This document shows, piece by piece, positions 41,348-50,958 of a DNA stretch of 64,000 nt (position 1 is its first letter; each line of letters starts with the position of its first letter). The notes under the pieces were generated by a model that worked only from the letters and a program-made list of their open reading frames with translations, had not been told where the DNA came from and ran no database searches. The position numbers and the translations under genes are program-made. The DNA is from Thermoanaerobaculia bacterium (GTDB taxonomy: Bacteria > Acidobacteriota > Thermoanaerobaculia > UBA5066). The stretch is from contig CAVRAY010000001.1 of assembly GCA_963719225.1 (NCBI GenBank), positions 2,496,001-2,560,000 of the forward strand. The letters run 5' to 3'.

Positions 41348-42856
41348 CTAACGCGACCCTTTCTTCGTCTCCTCCAGTCGATCCCTCAGCCAGCGCAGCG
41401 TGAGACCGAGGCCGAACGAAGTCGCGCCGACGGGATAGCCGGCGTGGTCGCGGTCGTAATAGGCCGTGCCGGCGATGTCGAGGTGCGCCCACGGTCTCTT
41501 CGCGTCGACGAACTCCTTGAGGAACATCGCCCCGTTGATCGAGCCTCCCCACCTTCCGCCCGTGTTCTTCATGTCGGCCCAGTCCGAACGGATGTTCTCG
41601 CGGTACTCCTCCCACATCGGGAGGCGCCAGAGGCGCTCGTCCGTCCGATCCCCCGCCCTCACGAGCGACCTCGCGAGGGCGTCGTCCTCGGTGAACACGA
41701 TCGCCGCTTCGAGCCCGAGCGCCACGAGAGCCGCGCCCGTGAGCGTCGCGTAATCCAGGATGACCGCGGGCTTCCATTCGGCCGCGTAGTCGAGGGCATC
41801 CGCGAGAATCACGCGTCCCTCGGCGTCGGTGTTGTCGATCTCGGCCGTCTTGCCGCTGCGGAAACGCACGATGTCGCCCGGCTTGTACGAGGACCCCGAA
41901 GGCAGGTTCTCGGTGAGCGCCGCGATCCCGACGAGGTTGACGCGGAGGCCGAGGTCCGCGGCGGCGAGGACGGTGCCCATCGCCGTCGCCGCGCCCATCA
42001 TGTCCCACTTCATGTCGCCCATCTTCTCCGCGGGCTTGATCGAGATCCCGCCGGAATCAAACGTGACTCCCTTTCCGACGAGCGCCACGGGCGCCTCGCT
42101 CTTTCGGCCGCCCGAGTATTCGAGGACGACCACGCGCGGCTCCTCGGCGGATCCCCGGTTGACGGCGAGAAGGCCGCCCATCCTCTCCTTCCGGATCGCC
42201 TTCTTGTCCAGGACCGTCACCTTCACGCCGCGGGCCTTCGCTTCCTTCCGGACGCGCTCCGCGAAATCGCGCGGGAGCATGTCGTTCGACGGGGTGTTGC
42301 CGAGGTCGCGCACGAGGCGGGCGACGCGCGCGACGTCGCGTGCCTCCTCGACCTCGCGGGCCTCGACGCCGGCGAGCGCGCCACGGGACTGGACGGCGAT
42401 CGCGGCGAGCGTGACCTTTTCGGCGTCGGCCGACTTGTAGACGGGAAATCCGTAGTCGGCGAGGAAAAGCGAGCGCAGAAGAAACTCGCGCGTCTCTTTC
42501 GCATCCATCCGTTTGAGCGTGAGCGGGAAATCCAGGATCGCCGAGGTCTCGCCGCTCCGGTTCAGAGTCTTCGCGGCGGTCCGAAGCAGGCCGCGCGCCT
42601 TGCGCGGCGAGACCTCCGTCTCCTTGCCGGCGCCAAAGACGTAGAGACGCGTCGCTCCGCCTCCTTTTCCGAACGGCAGCGTGAAGAACGCGCCGTCCGC
42701 GGCGGGCGCCGCGGGTGCCGCCGCGGCAACCAGGTCGCGCAGGTCGGCGGGAAGCGACGCGAGCGCCTCCTTCCTCGTGCTGCCGGCGGCGAAGACGACG
42801 TGGGCGTCGGCACGCGGAACACGCGCCTTGACGCCTTGAATCGAGATTTTGAGCAA
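41348..42856 (-). CDS. pepA: Leucyl aminopeptidase (M17)
   Basis: VGKGVTFDSGG, MKWDM, NTDAEGR, HLDIAG. Confidence 0.95.
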   Translation of the reverse strand: MLKISIQGVKARVPRADAHVVFAAGSTRKEALASLPADLRDLVAAAAPAAPAADGAFFTLPFGKGGGATRLYVFGAGKETEVSPRKARGLLRTAAKTLNRSGETSAILDFPLTLKRMDAKETREFLLRSLFLADYGFPVYKSADAEKVTLAAIAVQSRGALAGVEAREVEEARDVARVARLVRDLGNTPSNDMLPRDFAERVRKEAKARGVKVTVLDKKAIRKERMGGLLAVNRGSAEEPRVVVLEYSGGRKSEAPVALVGKGVTFDSGGISIKPAEKMGDMKWDMMGAATAMGTVLAAADLGLRVNLVGIAALTENLPSGSSYKPGDIVRFRSGKTAEIDNTDAEGRVILADALDYAAEWKPAVILDYATLTGAALVALGLEAAIVFTEDDALARSLVRAGDRTDERLWRLPMWEEYRENIRSDWADMKNTGGRWGGSINGAMFLKEFVDAKRPWAHLDIAGTAYYDRDHAGYPVGATSFGLGLTLRWLRDRLEETKKGSR

Positions 42857-42930
42857 GAGAACCTCCGATTTGGCATGAAGCCGGAAAGAGACTGAAGTCT
42901 AGCGCGCCGTCCGGCCCTTAGAATCGGGCC

Positions 42931-43827
42931 ATGCCCGAAGCCGTTCTCGAAACCCTCGTCCCGGGTCTGCCGCCTCCACGCCGCGGCAAGGTGCGCGACA
43001 TCTACGATCTGAAAGACCGCGTTCTCCTCGTCGCCACCGACCGCATTTCCGCCTTCGATGCCGTCCTGACGCCGGGAATTCCCGACAAAGGGAAGATCCT
43101 GACCGGTCTCTCGAATTTCTGGTTTCGGATGTTCAAGGACGTCGTCCCGAACCATCTCCTCGAGACGGATGCCGCGCGCTTCCCGGAGCCCCTCGCGTCT
43201 TCGCGGGAGCTCCTCGCGGGGCGTTCCGTGCTCGCGAGGAAATGCCGCGTCGTGCCCTTCGAGTGCGTGGCGCGCGGATTCCTCGCCGGGTCGGGCTGGA
43301 AGGATTACGTCAGGACGGGCTCCGTCTGCGGCCAGCGCCTGCCGCCGGGCCTCCGTGAGGCGGACCGCCTCCCGGAGCCGATCTTCACGCCGGCGACGAA
43401 GGCCGAGACCGGACACGACGAGAACGTCCCCTACGGCGCCGTCGCGGCCGCCGTGGGAGCGGCCCTCGCCGGCCGGCTCCGGGACCTCACGTTGACGCTC
43501 TACCGCGGAGCCGCGGCCTACGCGGAGCCGCGGGGCATTCTCGTCGCGGACACGAAGTTCGAGTTCGGCCTCGACGAGACGGGCGAGGTCGTCTGGATCG
43601 ACGAGGCGCTGACGCCCGACTCCTCCCGCTTCTGGCCCAAGGACACCTGGAGAAGCGGTAGCTCGCCGCCCTCGTACGACAAGCAGTTCGTGCGCGACTT
43701 CCTCGAGAGGATCGGCTGGAACAAGACGCCGCCGGCGCCCCTGCTGCCTGCCGAGGTCGTCGCGGGCACGCGGGCACGCTACGTCGAGGCATTCGAGAAG
43801 CTGACGGGAACGAGGTTCGAGAGCTAG
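42931..43827 (+). CDS. purC: SAICAR synthase
   Basis: GKVRDIY, TDRISAFD, DTKFEFG, DEALTPDSSR, DKQ. Confidence 0.96.
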   Translation: MPEAVLETLVPGLPPPRRGKVRDIYDLKDRVLLVATDRISAFDAVLTPGIPDKGKILTGLSNFWFRMFKDVVPNHLLETDAARFPEPLASSRELLAGRSVLARKCRVVPFECVARGFLAGSGWKDYVRTGSVCGQRLPPGLREADRLPEPIFTPATKAETGHDENVPYGAVAAAVGAALAGRLRDLTLTLYRGAAAYAEPRGILVADTKFEFGLDETGEVVWIDEALTPDSSRFWPKDTWRSGSSPPSYDKQFVRDFLERIGWNKTPPAPLLPAEVVAGTRARYVEAFEKLTGTRFES

Positions 43828-43838
43828 CTGGCGGGGAC

Positions 43839-44360
43839 TTACTGGGCGACGGGCTCGTCGGCGAAGTCCTCGGGCTTGGCGTCGTCTTCCGGCGGAGCCT
43901 TCGCGAGCTCCTTCTTGACCATTTCCTGGTGGGCGATCTCCTCCTGGAGGAGCTCTTCGAACAGCTTCTTCACTTGAGGAGCGAGCGGCAGTTTCAGGGC
44001 CTTGTCGAAGTAGTCGTACGCCTTGACTTCGGCGTCCATCGCCACCTTCAGAGCCTCGCGGAGCGTCATGAAGTCGTGCACGGTCTCGTAGCCGGGCGCC
44101 TCGACGTCCCAGAGGAGCGAGCGGTCCACGCGGCGGGCCGTCCTTCCGAAGAGCTTCGTCCGCTGCGTGAGGAGGTCGGCGCCATGCTTGGCCTCGGCCT
44201 TCGCCATGAAGTGGAAGAAGGACGCCGCTTCCTCGGTCCGGTGCTCGCGCATCACGGCCGTCAGCTCTTCGTAGCGCTCCATCGCTTCCTGCTCGATGAG
44301 GATGGCGAGATCGAGCGCGTCCATGAGATCGAGCTTCGTCAGGTCCAGCTGCTTCGTCAT
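43839..44360 (-). CDS. Ferritin-like/rubrerythrin family protein
   Basis: Two E...ExxH diiron motifs (EAKH, EEIAH). Confidence 0.85.
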   Translation of the reverse strand: MTKQLDLTKLDLMDALDLAILIEQEAMERYEELTAVMREHRTEEAASFFHFMAKAEAKHGADLLTQRTKLFGRTARRVDRSLLWDVEAPGYETVHDFMTLREALKVAMDAEVKAYDYFDKALKLPLAPQVKKLFEELLQEEIAHQEMVKKELAKAPPEDDAKPEDFADEPVAQ

Positions 44361-44516
44361 CGGCGTCTCCCGCGCGACACGTTCACATGCGGCGCCCCCG
44401 CGCGGCCATGATGCAACCGGATCAGCGGCGAAACCCGCCCCGGGCGGCCGGTCTGAAGGGCTTCTTCAGCACGGGTCTGTCGAACCTGAGCCGAGTAATC
44501 CCGATAGAATGCGGAG

Positions 44517-44771
44517 ATGGATGCATCCGGCATCGCTGCTTTCATCGATCGCGACTGGTCGCTCCTGAGAAACGAAAAAGAGCGTTATTGGGCGGAGAGG
44601 CTCGCGGGGGCGGATGCGGAGCAGTGCCTGGAGATTGGGGAAGGTCTCCGCCAGGAAGTTCTCGCCGTGCATCCCGACTGGCCGTCGCCAGCCGAACGCC
44701 TGGAAGATCTGAAGGCCCACGAGGCTCTTTGCGAGCTGATGCTGCGTGCCACAAAGAACCGCTCCGGCTGA
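44517..44771 (+). CDS. Small helical protein, putative antitoxin
   Basis: 84 aa; overlaps the downstream NTase gene; TAGAAT 6 nt before ATG. Confidence 0.55.
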   Translation: MDASGIAAFIDRDWSLLRNEKERYWAERLAGADAEQCLEIGEGLRQEVLAVHPDWPSPAERLEDLKAHEALCELMLRATKNRSG

Positions 44772-45324
44772 GCTGCTCGCGGACCTCGGCGGCGTTCTGC
44801 GCGGCTGGGGAAACCGGTGGTACGTCTTCGGAGCGCAGGCCGTCCTGATCTGGGGCCGGCCTCGAATGACGGCAGACGTGGACGTGACGGTCGTTCTCGT
44901 TCCTCCCGACACAGGGCGCTTCGTCAAAGAGATGCAGTCAACCGGATTCGAGCTCCGAGTGCGGGATGTCGATGACTTCGTGAGGCGAACGCACGTTCTC
45001 CCGTTCGTTCACACCAGGACCGGGATGCCCCTGGATGTCGTTCTGGCCGCATCCGGCCTCGAGCAGGAGTTTCTCAACAGGGCCCGCCAGGCGCGGATCG
45101 GTGATTTGGAGATCCCGGTGATCAGTCCGGAGGACCTCGTCATTGCGAAGATCCTCGCGGGTCGCCCCCAAGATCTCCAGGATATCGCCGGCGTCCTCGC
45201 CCGGCAGAAGAAGAGCCTCGACCTGGAACGGATCCGAAATACCCTGAAATCTCTCGAAAGCGCGCTCGCTCAAAGCGACCTCGTTCCCGCTTTCGAACGG
45301 CTCCTGGCGGCTCAGCGGCCCTGA
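44746..45324 (+). CDS. Nucleotidyltransferase (DUF6036/AbiEii-like), putative toxin
   Basis: FGAQA...RMTADVD Pol-beta motif; EDLVIAK..AGRPQDLQD. Confidence 0.75.
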   Translation: MPQRTAPAELLADLGGVLRGWGNRWYVFGAQAVLIWGRPRMTADVDVTVVLVPPDTGRFVKEMQSTGFELRVRDVDDFVRRTHVLPFVHTRTGMPLDVVLAASGLEQEFLNRARQARIGDLEIPVISPEDLVIAKILAGRPQDLQDIAGVLARQKKSLDLERIRNTLKSLESALAQSDLVPAFERLLAAQRP

Positions 45325-45335
45325 ACCACGCGGAC

Positions 45336-46694
45336 TCAGGTCTTCTCGAGCAGCTCCTCGACGCTCCGGAGGGGCGTGACGGAGAGATCGGGAAACGCCG
45401 CCGCCTCCGCCGCGTTTCCGGCGGGCAGGAGCGCCGTCTTGAACCCGAGCGAGAGCGCCTCCTTCAGCCTCAGGGCCGCGTCGGACACGGCCCGCACCTC
45501 GCCGAGGAGGCCCACCTCGCCGAAGACCGCGGTCAATGCCGGCAGCGCCCTCCCGCGGAAGCTGCCCGCGACGGCGGAGCAGACGGCGAGGTCGGCGGCG
45601 GGCTCGGCACTCTCGGCGCCGCCCGCGACGTTCAGGAACACGTCCTGCGAGGACAGGGACAGTCCGCCGCTCTTCTCGAGAACCGCGAGGAGGAGTGCGA
45701 GGCGCGTGCCGTCGAAGCCGATCGCGGTGCGGCGCGGGCTTCCGAACTTCGCCTCGACGGTGAGGGCCTGGACCTCGAGGAGCATCGGCCGCGTCCCCTC
45801 GACGCCCGCGAGCACGACCGAGCCGGGACGTCCTCCTGCCCCGCTCCCGAGATAGAGCGCGGACGGGTTCGCGACCTCGACGAGGCCGGCGCCCGTCATC
45901 TCGAAGAGCCCGAGCTCGTGTACCGGGCCGAACCGGTTCTTGAGGGCGCGCACGACGCGGTGGGCGTGAAAGCGCTCGCCTTCGAACGACAGGACCGCGT
46001 CCACGAGGTGCTCGAGCGTCTTCGGGCCGGCAAGCGTCCCGTCCTTCGTGACGTGGCCGATGAGGAAGACGGGCACGCCCGTCGTCTTCGCGAGGGCCAG
46101 CAGGCGTCCCGCGCAGGCACGCACCTGCGTGACCGAGCCCGGGGCCGCGGGGGCGTCCGCCGACGCGATCGTCTGGATCGAATCCACGACGATCGCTCCG
46201 AACGTCGCGGCCTTCGCAGCTTCGAGGATCGCCTCGAGCGAGGTTTCGGGAAGGAGGAAGAGTGCCGGCGCGGAGGCGCCGAGGCGGTCGGCGCGCATCC
46301 GGACCTGCCGCGCGGACTCCTCGGCGCTGACGTAGAGGACCGGCCCGACGCGTTCCGCGAGGCGAGCCGCGACCTGCAGGAGGAGCGTCGACTTGCCGAT
46401 GCCCGGCTCTCCACCCACGAGAACGACCGAGCCCGGGACGAGACCGCCGCCGAGCACGCGGTCCATGTCCGCGATGCCCGTGGGAATACGCGGGACCGCC
46501 GCTGCCGCGACGTCGGACAGCCGGATGGGCGCCGAGCCGGACGACGGGGCCGCTGCGCCGCGCGATGGCGCCTCGGCGGCGCGTTCCTCCGCGAGCGTGC
46601 CCCAGGCGCCGCATTCAGGGCACCGGCCCAGCCACTGCGGACTCTGGGCCCCGCAGGCGGTGCACGAGAAGACCGTCGTGGCTTTTCGGGCCAC
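45336..46694 (-). CDS. radA: DNA repair protein RadA/Sms
   Basis: C4 zinc finger, GGEPGIGKST, KNRFG, Lon-like C-terminus. Confidence 0.96.
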   Translation of the reverse strand: MARKATTVFSCTACGAQSPQWLGRCPECGAWGTLAEERAAEAPSRGAAAPSSGSAPIRLSDVAAAAVPRIPTGIADMDRVLGGGLVPGSVVLVGGEPGIGKSTLLLQVAARLAERVGPVLYVSAEESARQVRMRADRLGASAPALFLLPETSLEAILEAAKAATFGAIVVDSIQTIASADAPAAPGSVTQVRACAGRLLALAKTTGVPVFLIGHVTKDGTLAGPKTLEHLVDAVLSFEGERFHAHRVVRALKNRFGPVHELGLFEMTGAGLVEVANPSALYLGSGAGGRPGSVVLAGVEGTRPMLLEVQALTVEAKFGSPRRTAIGFDGTRLALLLAVLEKSGGLSLSSQDVFLNVAGGAESAEPAADLAVCSAVAGSFRGRALPALTAVFGEVGLLGEVRAVSDAALRLKEALSLGFKTALLPAGNAAEAAAFPDLSVTPLRSVEELLEKT

Positions 46695-46696
46695 GG

Positions 46697-48139
46697 CTAC
46701 TTCGTCGGGATCGGAATGCTGCCGAGCAGGGCCTTCAGGTCCTCGTCCTTCCAGCGGATGCCGCCGCCGAGGAACGGTGACCGCAGGCCGGGATTCAGGA
46801 GGTCGTCGACGCCGCCCGTCACGTAGAGGTTCGGGCTCGCGTTCCAGCGGGCGAAGAGCTTGAGATGCCCGTTCAGGTCCGGCCTCGTGAAATCCCAGAT
46901 CTCGCCCGCGACCCGGTACCTGTCGCCCTTGAACGTCTGCTCGACCGCGGCGCCGCCGCGCGACTCGATGATCCCGGCGCGCAGGATCGTGTTGTTCAGC
47001 TTGTAGCCGAGCTGAGCCGACAGGACGAACTGGTCGATGTACCGCTGCCCCGTCGTATCGATCGTCTGTCTGCTGCCGTCGGGAAACGTGACCGTCGTGG
47101 ACTCGAGAATGTCCTCGCGCTTGCCGTGGGGAAGCGCCCCGATCTCGAGCCGGTAGAACTTTCCCTCCCGCGGGATCGCGTCGAGGGTGAAATAGTATTT
47201 TTCCTCGTGGTTGCGCGACGCGTATTCCGTGCGGAATCCGATGTCGAGCTGCAGCCGGTTGATGCGCCCGAGAGTCCCCGAGAGCTGCTCGACGCCCTCC
47301 TTGACCGACTTGAGCGCGTCGTTGATGTTCTTGTGCGTCTCGTCGTCGTTCAGGAGCTTTCCGAGCGTGCCCTGCCCCGTGTCGATCTTGCCCGTGATGG
47401 AGTTCAGCGTGTCGGCGGTCGTCTTGAGCTTCGCCGTGATGTCGTCCGCGTTCGAGACCGCCGCCTTCACGCCCGCCCTGTTCTCGTCGAGCATCTTGTC
47501 GACCCGCGCGGTGGTCTCGAGAAGCTGCTGCGACAGTAGCTTCAGGTTCGCGACGATGGCGTCGACGTTCCCGCGGTTCGCGTCGGCGAGCTCGCGCAGG
47601 GACTCGGCGAGGCGCCCGAGGTTATCGACGATCCGGTTCAACCTCTCCTCGCCCCGTTGCCCGCCCATGGAGTTCGCGAGCGCGCTCGAGACCTCCTTGA
47701 GGTCCTTGCCGATGTCGGTGGCCATCTTCGTGAGGTCGTCGAAGCCGCTGCCCGACACCCCCTCGAGAAGCACTCCGTTCGGGAGGCGGGGCGCGTTCGT
47801 GTCGCCGGGATTGAGCTCGACGTACTTGTCGCCGAGGAGCCCGAGGGCCCGGATCTGGGCGCTCGCGCCCTGATGCAGCTCGACGCCCTTGTCGAGCTCG
47901 AGGTGAACGACCGCGGTCCCGTCGGGCCGCAGCGAGATCTTGTCCACCTTGCCGACGCGCACCCCGGCGAGACGCACCGCGGACTTGTCGTCGAGGCCCG
48001 CGACATCCTTGAAGTGCGCGTCCGCCGTGTTCGTGCGCTTCTTCTTCCCGAAGTGGATGTCCTCGATCTTCATGATGAGGATCCCGAGAGCCACGAGGAC
48101 GGCGACGAAGAACGCCCCGATTTTCGCGGTGGTCGTCAT
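46697..48139 (-). CDS. mlaD: MlaD/MCE family protein with long helical and C-terminal beta region
   Basis: N-terminal TM, VRLAGVRVGKV, GLLGDKYVEL. Confidence 0.88.
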   Translation of the reverse strand: MTTTAKIGAFFVAVLVALGILIMKIEDIHFGKKKRTNTADAHFKDVAGLDDKSAVRLAGVRVGKVDKISLRPDGTAVVHLELDKGVELHQGASAQIRALGLLGDKYVELNPGDTNAPRLPNGVLLEGVSGSGFDDLTKMATDIGKDLKEVSSALANSMGGQRGEERLNRIVDNLGRLAESLRELADANRGNVDAIVANLKLLSQQLLETTARVDKMLDENRAGVKAAVSNADDITAKLKTTADTLNSITGKIDTGQGTLGKLLNDDETHKNINDALKSVKEGVEQLSGTLGRINRLQLDIGFRTEYASRNHEEKYYFTLDAIPREGKFYRLEIGALPHGKREDILESTTVTFPDGSRQTIDTTGQRYIDQFVLSAQLGYKLNNTILRAGIIESRGGAAVEQTFKGDRYRVAGEIWDFTRPDLNGHLKLFARWNASPNLYVTGGVDDLLNPGLRSPFLGGGIRWKDEDLKALLGSIPIPTK

Positions 48140-48149
48140 GGCGCGCCCA

Positions 48150-48977
48150 TCATACGTGCGCCTCACCGGTTTTTTCCGGGTGCCCCTTTTCCGTGCGCCG
48201 CTCGGGCTCGGCCTCGGGCGGCGCGAGCTCGCTGTTGCCGGTCACGAAGGCGGCGACGCGCTTGTCCTTCGATTGCTCGAACTCTTTCGGGGTCATTTCG
48301 ACGTAGATTTTGCCTCCCGAGAGGAGACCCACGCGGTCCGCGATCGCGAACGCGACCTTGAGGTCGTGCGTGATCGTGATCGCCGCCGGCTTGAGCCGCT
48401 TGCGCATCTCCTCGATGACTTTCACGACGACGTCCGTCGTGACGGGATCGAGGCCGGTCGTGGGCTCGTCGAAGAGGAGGTTCTCGGGCTGGAGGGCGAT
48501 CGCGCGCGCGAAGCCCACGCGGCGCTTCATCCCGCCGGAAAGCTCGGAAGGGCGCTTTTCCTCGATACCGGGCAAGCGCACGAGCTCGAGGCATTCCGCC
48601 ACCCGGTCGGCGATCTCCTTCTTCGACTTCTTCGTGTGTCGCGTGAGCGGAAACGCGATGTTCTCGCCGACGCTCATCGAGTCGAAGAGCGCGCCTTCCT
48701 GGAACGACATGCCGAACTTGCGGCGCAGCTCGTCGCGCTCGCGAGGGCGAGCGGCCCACAGGTCCACCCCTTCGAGCTCGACCGTCCCGGAATCGGGTTT
48801 CAGGAGGCCGATGACGTGCTTCAAAAGGACGCTCTTGCCGATCCCCGATTGTCCGAGGAGGACGAGCGATTCGCCTTTCTTGACCTCGAGGTCGAGACCG
48901 ATGAGGACCTTCTTATCGCCGAAGCTCTTCGAGACGCCTTTGAGGCGAATCGCGGGCGCCGAGGGGGTCGCGCTCAA
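48150..48977 (-). CDS. mlaF: MlaF-like ABC ATPase
   Basis: GQSGIGKS, LSGGMKRRV, FDEPTTGLDP. Confidence 0.9.
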   Translation of the reverse strand: MSATPSAPAIRLKGVSKSFGDKKVLIGLDLEVKKGESLVLLGQSGIGKSVLLKHVIGLLKPDSGTVELEGVDLWAARPRERDELRRKFGMSFQEGALFDSMSVGENIAFPLTRHTKKSKKEIADRVAECLELVRLPGIEEKRPSELSGGMKRRVGFARAIALQPENLLFDEPTTGLDPVTTDVVVKVIEEMRKRLKPAAITITHDLKVAFAIADRVGLLSGGKIYVEMTPKEFEQSKDKRVAAFVTGNSELAPPEAEPERRTEKGHPEKTGEAHV

Positions 48978-49744
48978 AACAGCACCTTCGTCAGGAAGAA
49001 GTCGGCGATGAGAATCGAAAGGGAGCCCATGACGACGGCGGTCGTCGTGGACCGGCCCACGCCTTCCGCGCCGCCCTTCGTGTCGAAGCCGCACTGGCAG
49101 CCCACGAGCGCCAGGAGGAGCCCGAAGACCGCCGACTTGATGAGGCCCGACGTCAGGTCGTCCATGTCGAGGAACTGAAACGTGTTGTTGATGTAGATCA
49201 CCGGGTTCGCACCGAGGTACGTCACGGCCACGAGGTAGCCGCCCATGATGCCGATCGCATCCCCGAGGACGACGAGCATCGGCAGCACGATGATCGCCGC
49301 GAGGACCCGCGGGACGAACAGGTAATGCACCGGATCGGTGGCGAGCGCGACGAGCGCGTCGATCTGCTCGGTCACGCGCATCGAGCCGAGCTCGGCGGCC
49401 ATCGCGCTGCCCGCGCGCCCCGTCACCATGAGGCCTGTCAGCACGGGGCCGAGCTCGCGCAGCATCGAAAGCGCGACGACCGACCCGATGTAGCCCTCGG
49501 CATGGAAGCGCTGGAACCCCTTGAACGTCTGGAGCGCCAGGACGCCGCCCGTGAAGAACGCGGTCAGGAGCACGACGGGTACGGAGTCGACGCCCACGCG
49601 CACGACCTGCTTGGCCGTCGCGGAGGGCGTCCACGGGGGCGTCACGAGGCCGCGCAGGGTCATTCCGAGCAGCTCGAAGAAGCGCCCGACTCCCTGCAGG
49701 ACGCTCAGGACTCCGCGCCCGAGGAACTCGAGCACAGAGTTCAC
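48974..49744 (-). CDS. mlaE: MlaE ABC permease
   Basis: RELGPVLTGL..GRAGSAMAAELGSMRVTEQIDAL. Confidence 0.93.
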   Translation of the reverse strand: MNSVLEFLGRGVLSVLQGVGRFFELLGMTLRGLVTPPWTPSATAKQVVRVGVDSVPVVLLTAFFTGGVLALQTFKGFQRFHAEGYIGSVVALSMLRELGPVLTGLMVTGRAGSAMAAELGSMRVTEQIDALVALATDPVHYLFVPRVLAAIIVLPMLVVLGDAIGIMGGYLVAVTYLGANPVIYINNTFQFLDMDDLTSGLIKSAVFGLLLALVGCQCGFDTKGGAEGVGRSTTTAVVMGSLSILIADFFLTKVLF

Positions 49745-50958
49745 AGGAACTTCGTCTCCCGTGCCACGATCCGGCCTCCGGACCGGATGATACGTGGCAC
49801 GCGCGGCCCGACGCCGCAGAGGATCTCCCAGGAAACGGTTCCCGCCGTCGCCGCGACCTCGTCGACGCCGAGCCGCACGTCTCCCTGACGGCCGAAGAAG
49901 ACGACCTCGGCTCCCCTCGTGGGACGGGCATCGAGGTCCGTGGCGTCCACGGCCGTGAGGTCCATCGAGACGCGCCCGGCGATCGGGCAGCGCCGGCCCC
50001 CGATCAGGACGTGCCCGCGCCCGGAGAGGTGGCGCGGCACGCCGTCCGCGAAGCCGGCCGGCACGATCGCGAGCGTCGTCGTCCGCCCCGCGACGAACGT
50101 CCCGCCGTAGCCCACGCGCGTCCCGGGCGGGACGGTCTTCACCTGGTCGACGACGGAGACGAAGGACATCACGTCGGAAAGAGAATCATTTGCTTCGGAG
50201 GGGAGACCGGGGATACCAGGGACATGAGCGTAGAGAGCAAGGCCAGGGCGGACGTGGGTAGGTTCGAAGAGGACCTGCTTAGAAGGTGAATTGACCAGAC
50301 GCGAGAACGTCGCCGCGCTGTTGTCCACGTGGATCATGGACGGCCGGTGACTCGCCGCGCGAATTGCCTTCAGACCTTCTAAGAAAACCCCGGTCTGCGC
50401 CTCGGTTTGTGCGCCGCCGGGATCGTCCGCCGAAGCGAAGTTCTGAAATACACCTTCTAAGAGAAGGCGCCCTTTCATCGAGTCGAGAAGGTCGAGGACC
50501 CGCGGCAGGTCCGCCGGAAGCACTCCCAGCCGCGTCATCCCCGTGTCGAGCTTCAGATGTACCGGCAACGGCGAGGGGGATTGCCCCCTCCCCTTTTCCC
50601 CTTCTAAGAAAATCTTCATCTCTTCCGCTTGCTCGACCGAATGAACGTTGGCCGTGAGGCCACCCGAGACGAGGGCGCCGAGCTGATCTCTTCCGATCCA
50701 GCCCATGACGAGGATGGGCTGCGCCACGCCCGCCCGGCGCAGCTCGAGGCCTTCCTCGACGACCGCGACCGCGAAGATCGGCGCGCCTTCCTCGGCGAGG
50801 CGGCGCGCAACGTGCCCGGCGCCGTGGCCGTATGCGTCCGCCTTGACGACCGGCATCAGGGCACAGCTTTTCGGCAGCGCGCGCGCGAGGACCCGGTAGT
50901 TCGACGCCAGCGCGTCGAGATCGATGACGGCGTGCGTGGGGCGGAGGGAAGAGATCAG
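49741..50958 (-). CDS. alr: Alanine racemase
   Basis: PVVKADAYGHG, HLKLDTGMTRLG, VRPG, GRVSMD; probable CTG start overlapping the dnaB stop. Confidence 0.93.
   Translation of the reverse strand: MISSLRPTHAVIDLDALASNYRVLARALPKSCALMPVVKADAYGHGAGHVARRLAEEGAPIFAVAVVEEGLELRRAGVAQPILVMGWIGRDQLGALVSGGLTANVHSVEQAEEMKIFLEGEKGRGQSPSPLPVHLKLDTGMTRLGVLPADLPRVLDLLDSMKGRLLLEGVFQNFASADDPGGAQTEAQTGVFLEGLKAIRAASHRPSMIHVDNSAATFSRLVNSPSKQVLFEPTHVRPGLALYAHVPGIPGLPSEANDSLSDVMSFVSVVDQVKTVPPGTRVGYGGTFVAGRTTTLAIVPAGFADGVPRHLSGRGHVLIGGRRCPIAGRVSMDLTAVDATDLDARPTRGAEVVFFGRQGDVRLGVDEVAATAGTVSWEILCGVGPRVPRIIRSGGRIVARETKFL
50277..50617. repeat. CCTTCTAAG motif cluster 3 (four copies in alr)
   Basis: 50277-50286 (reverse), 50375-50385, 50453-50462, 50600-50617. 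Confidence 0.75.
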
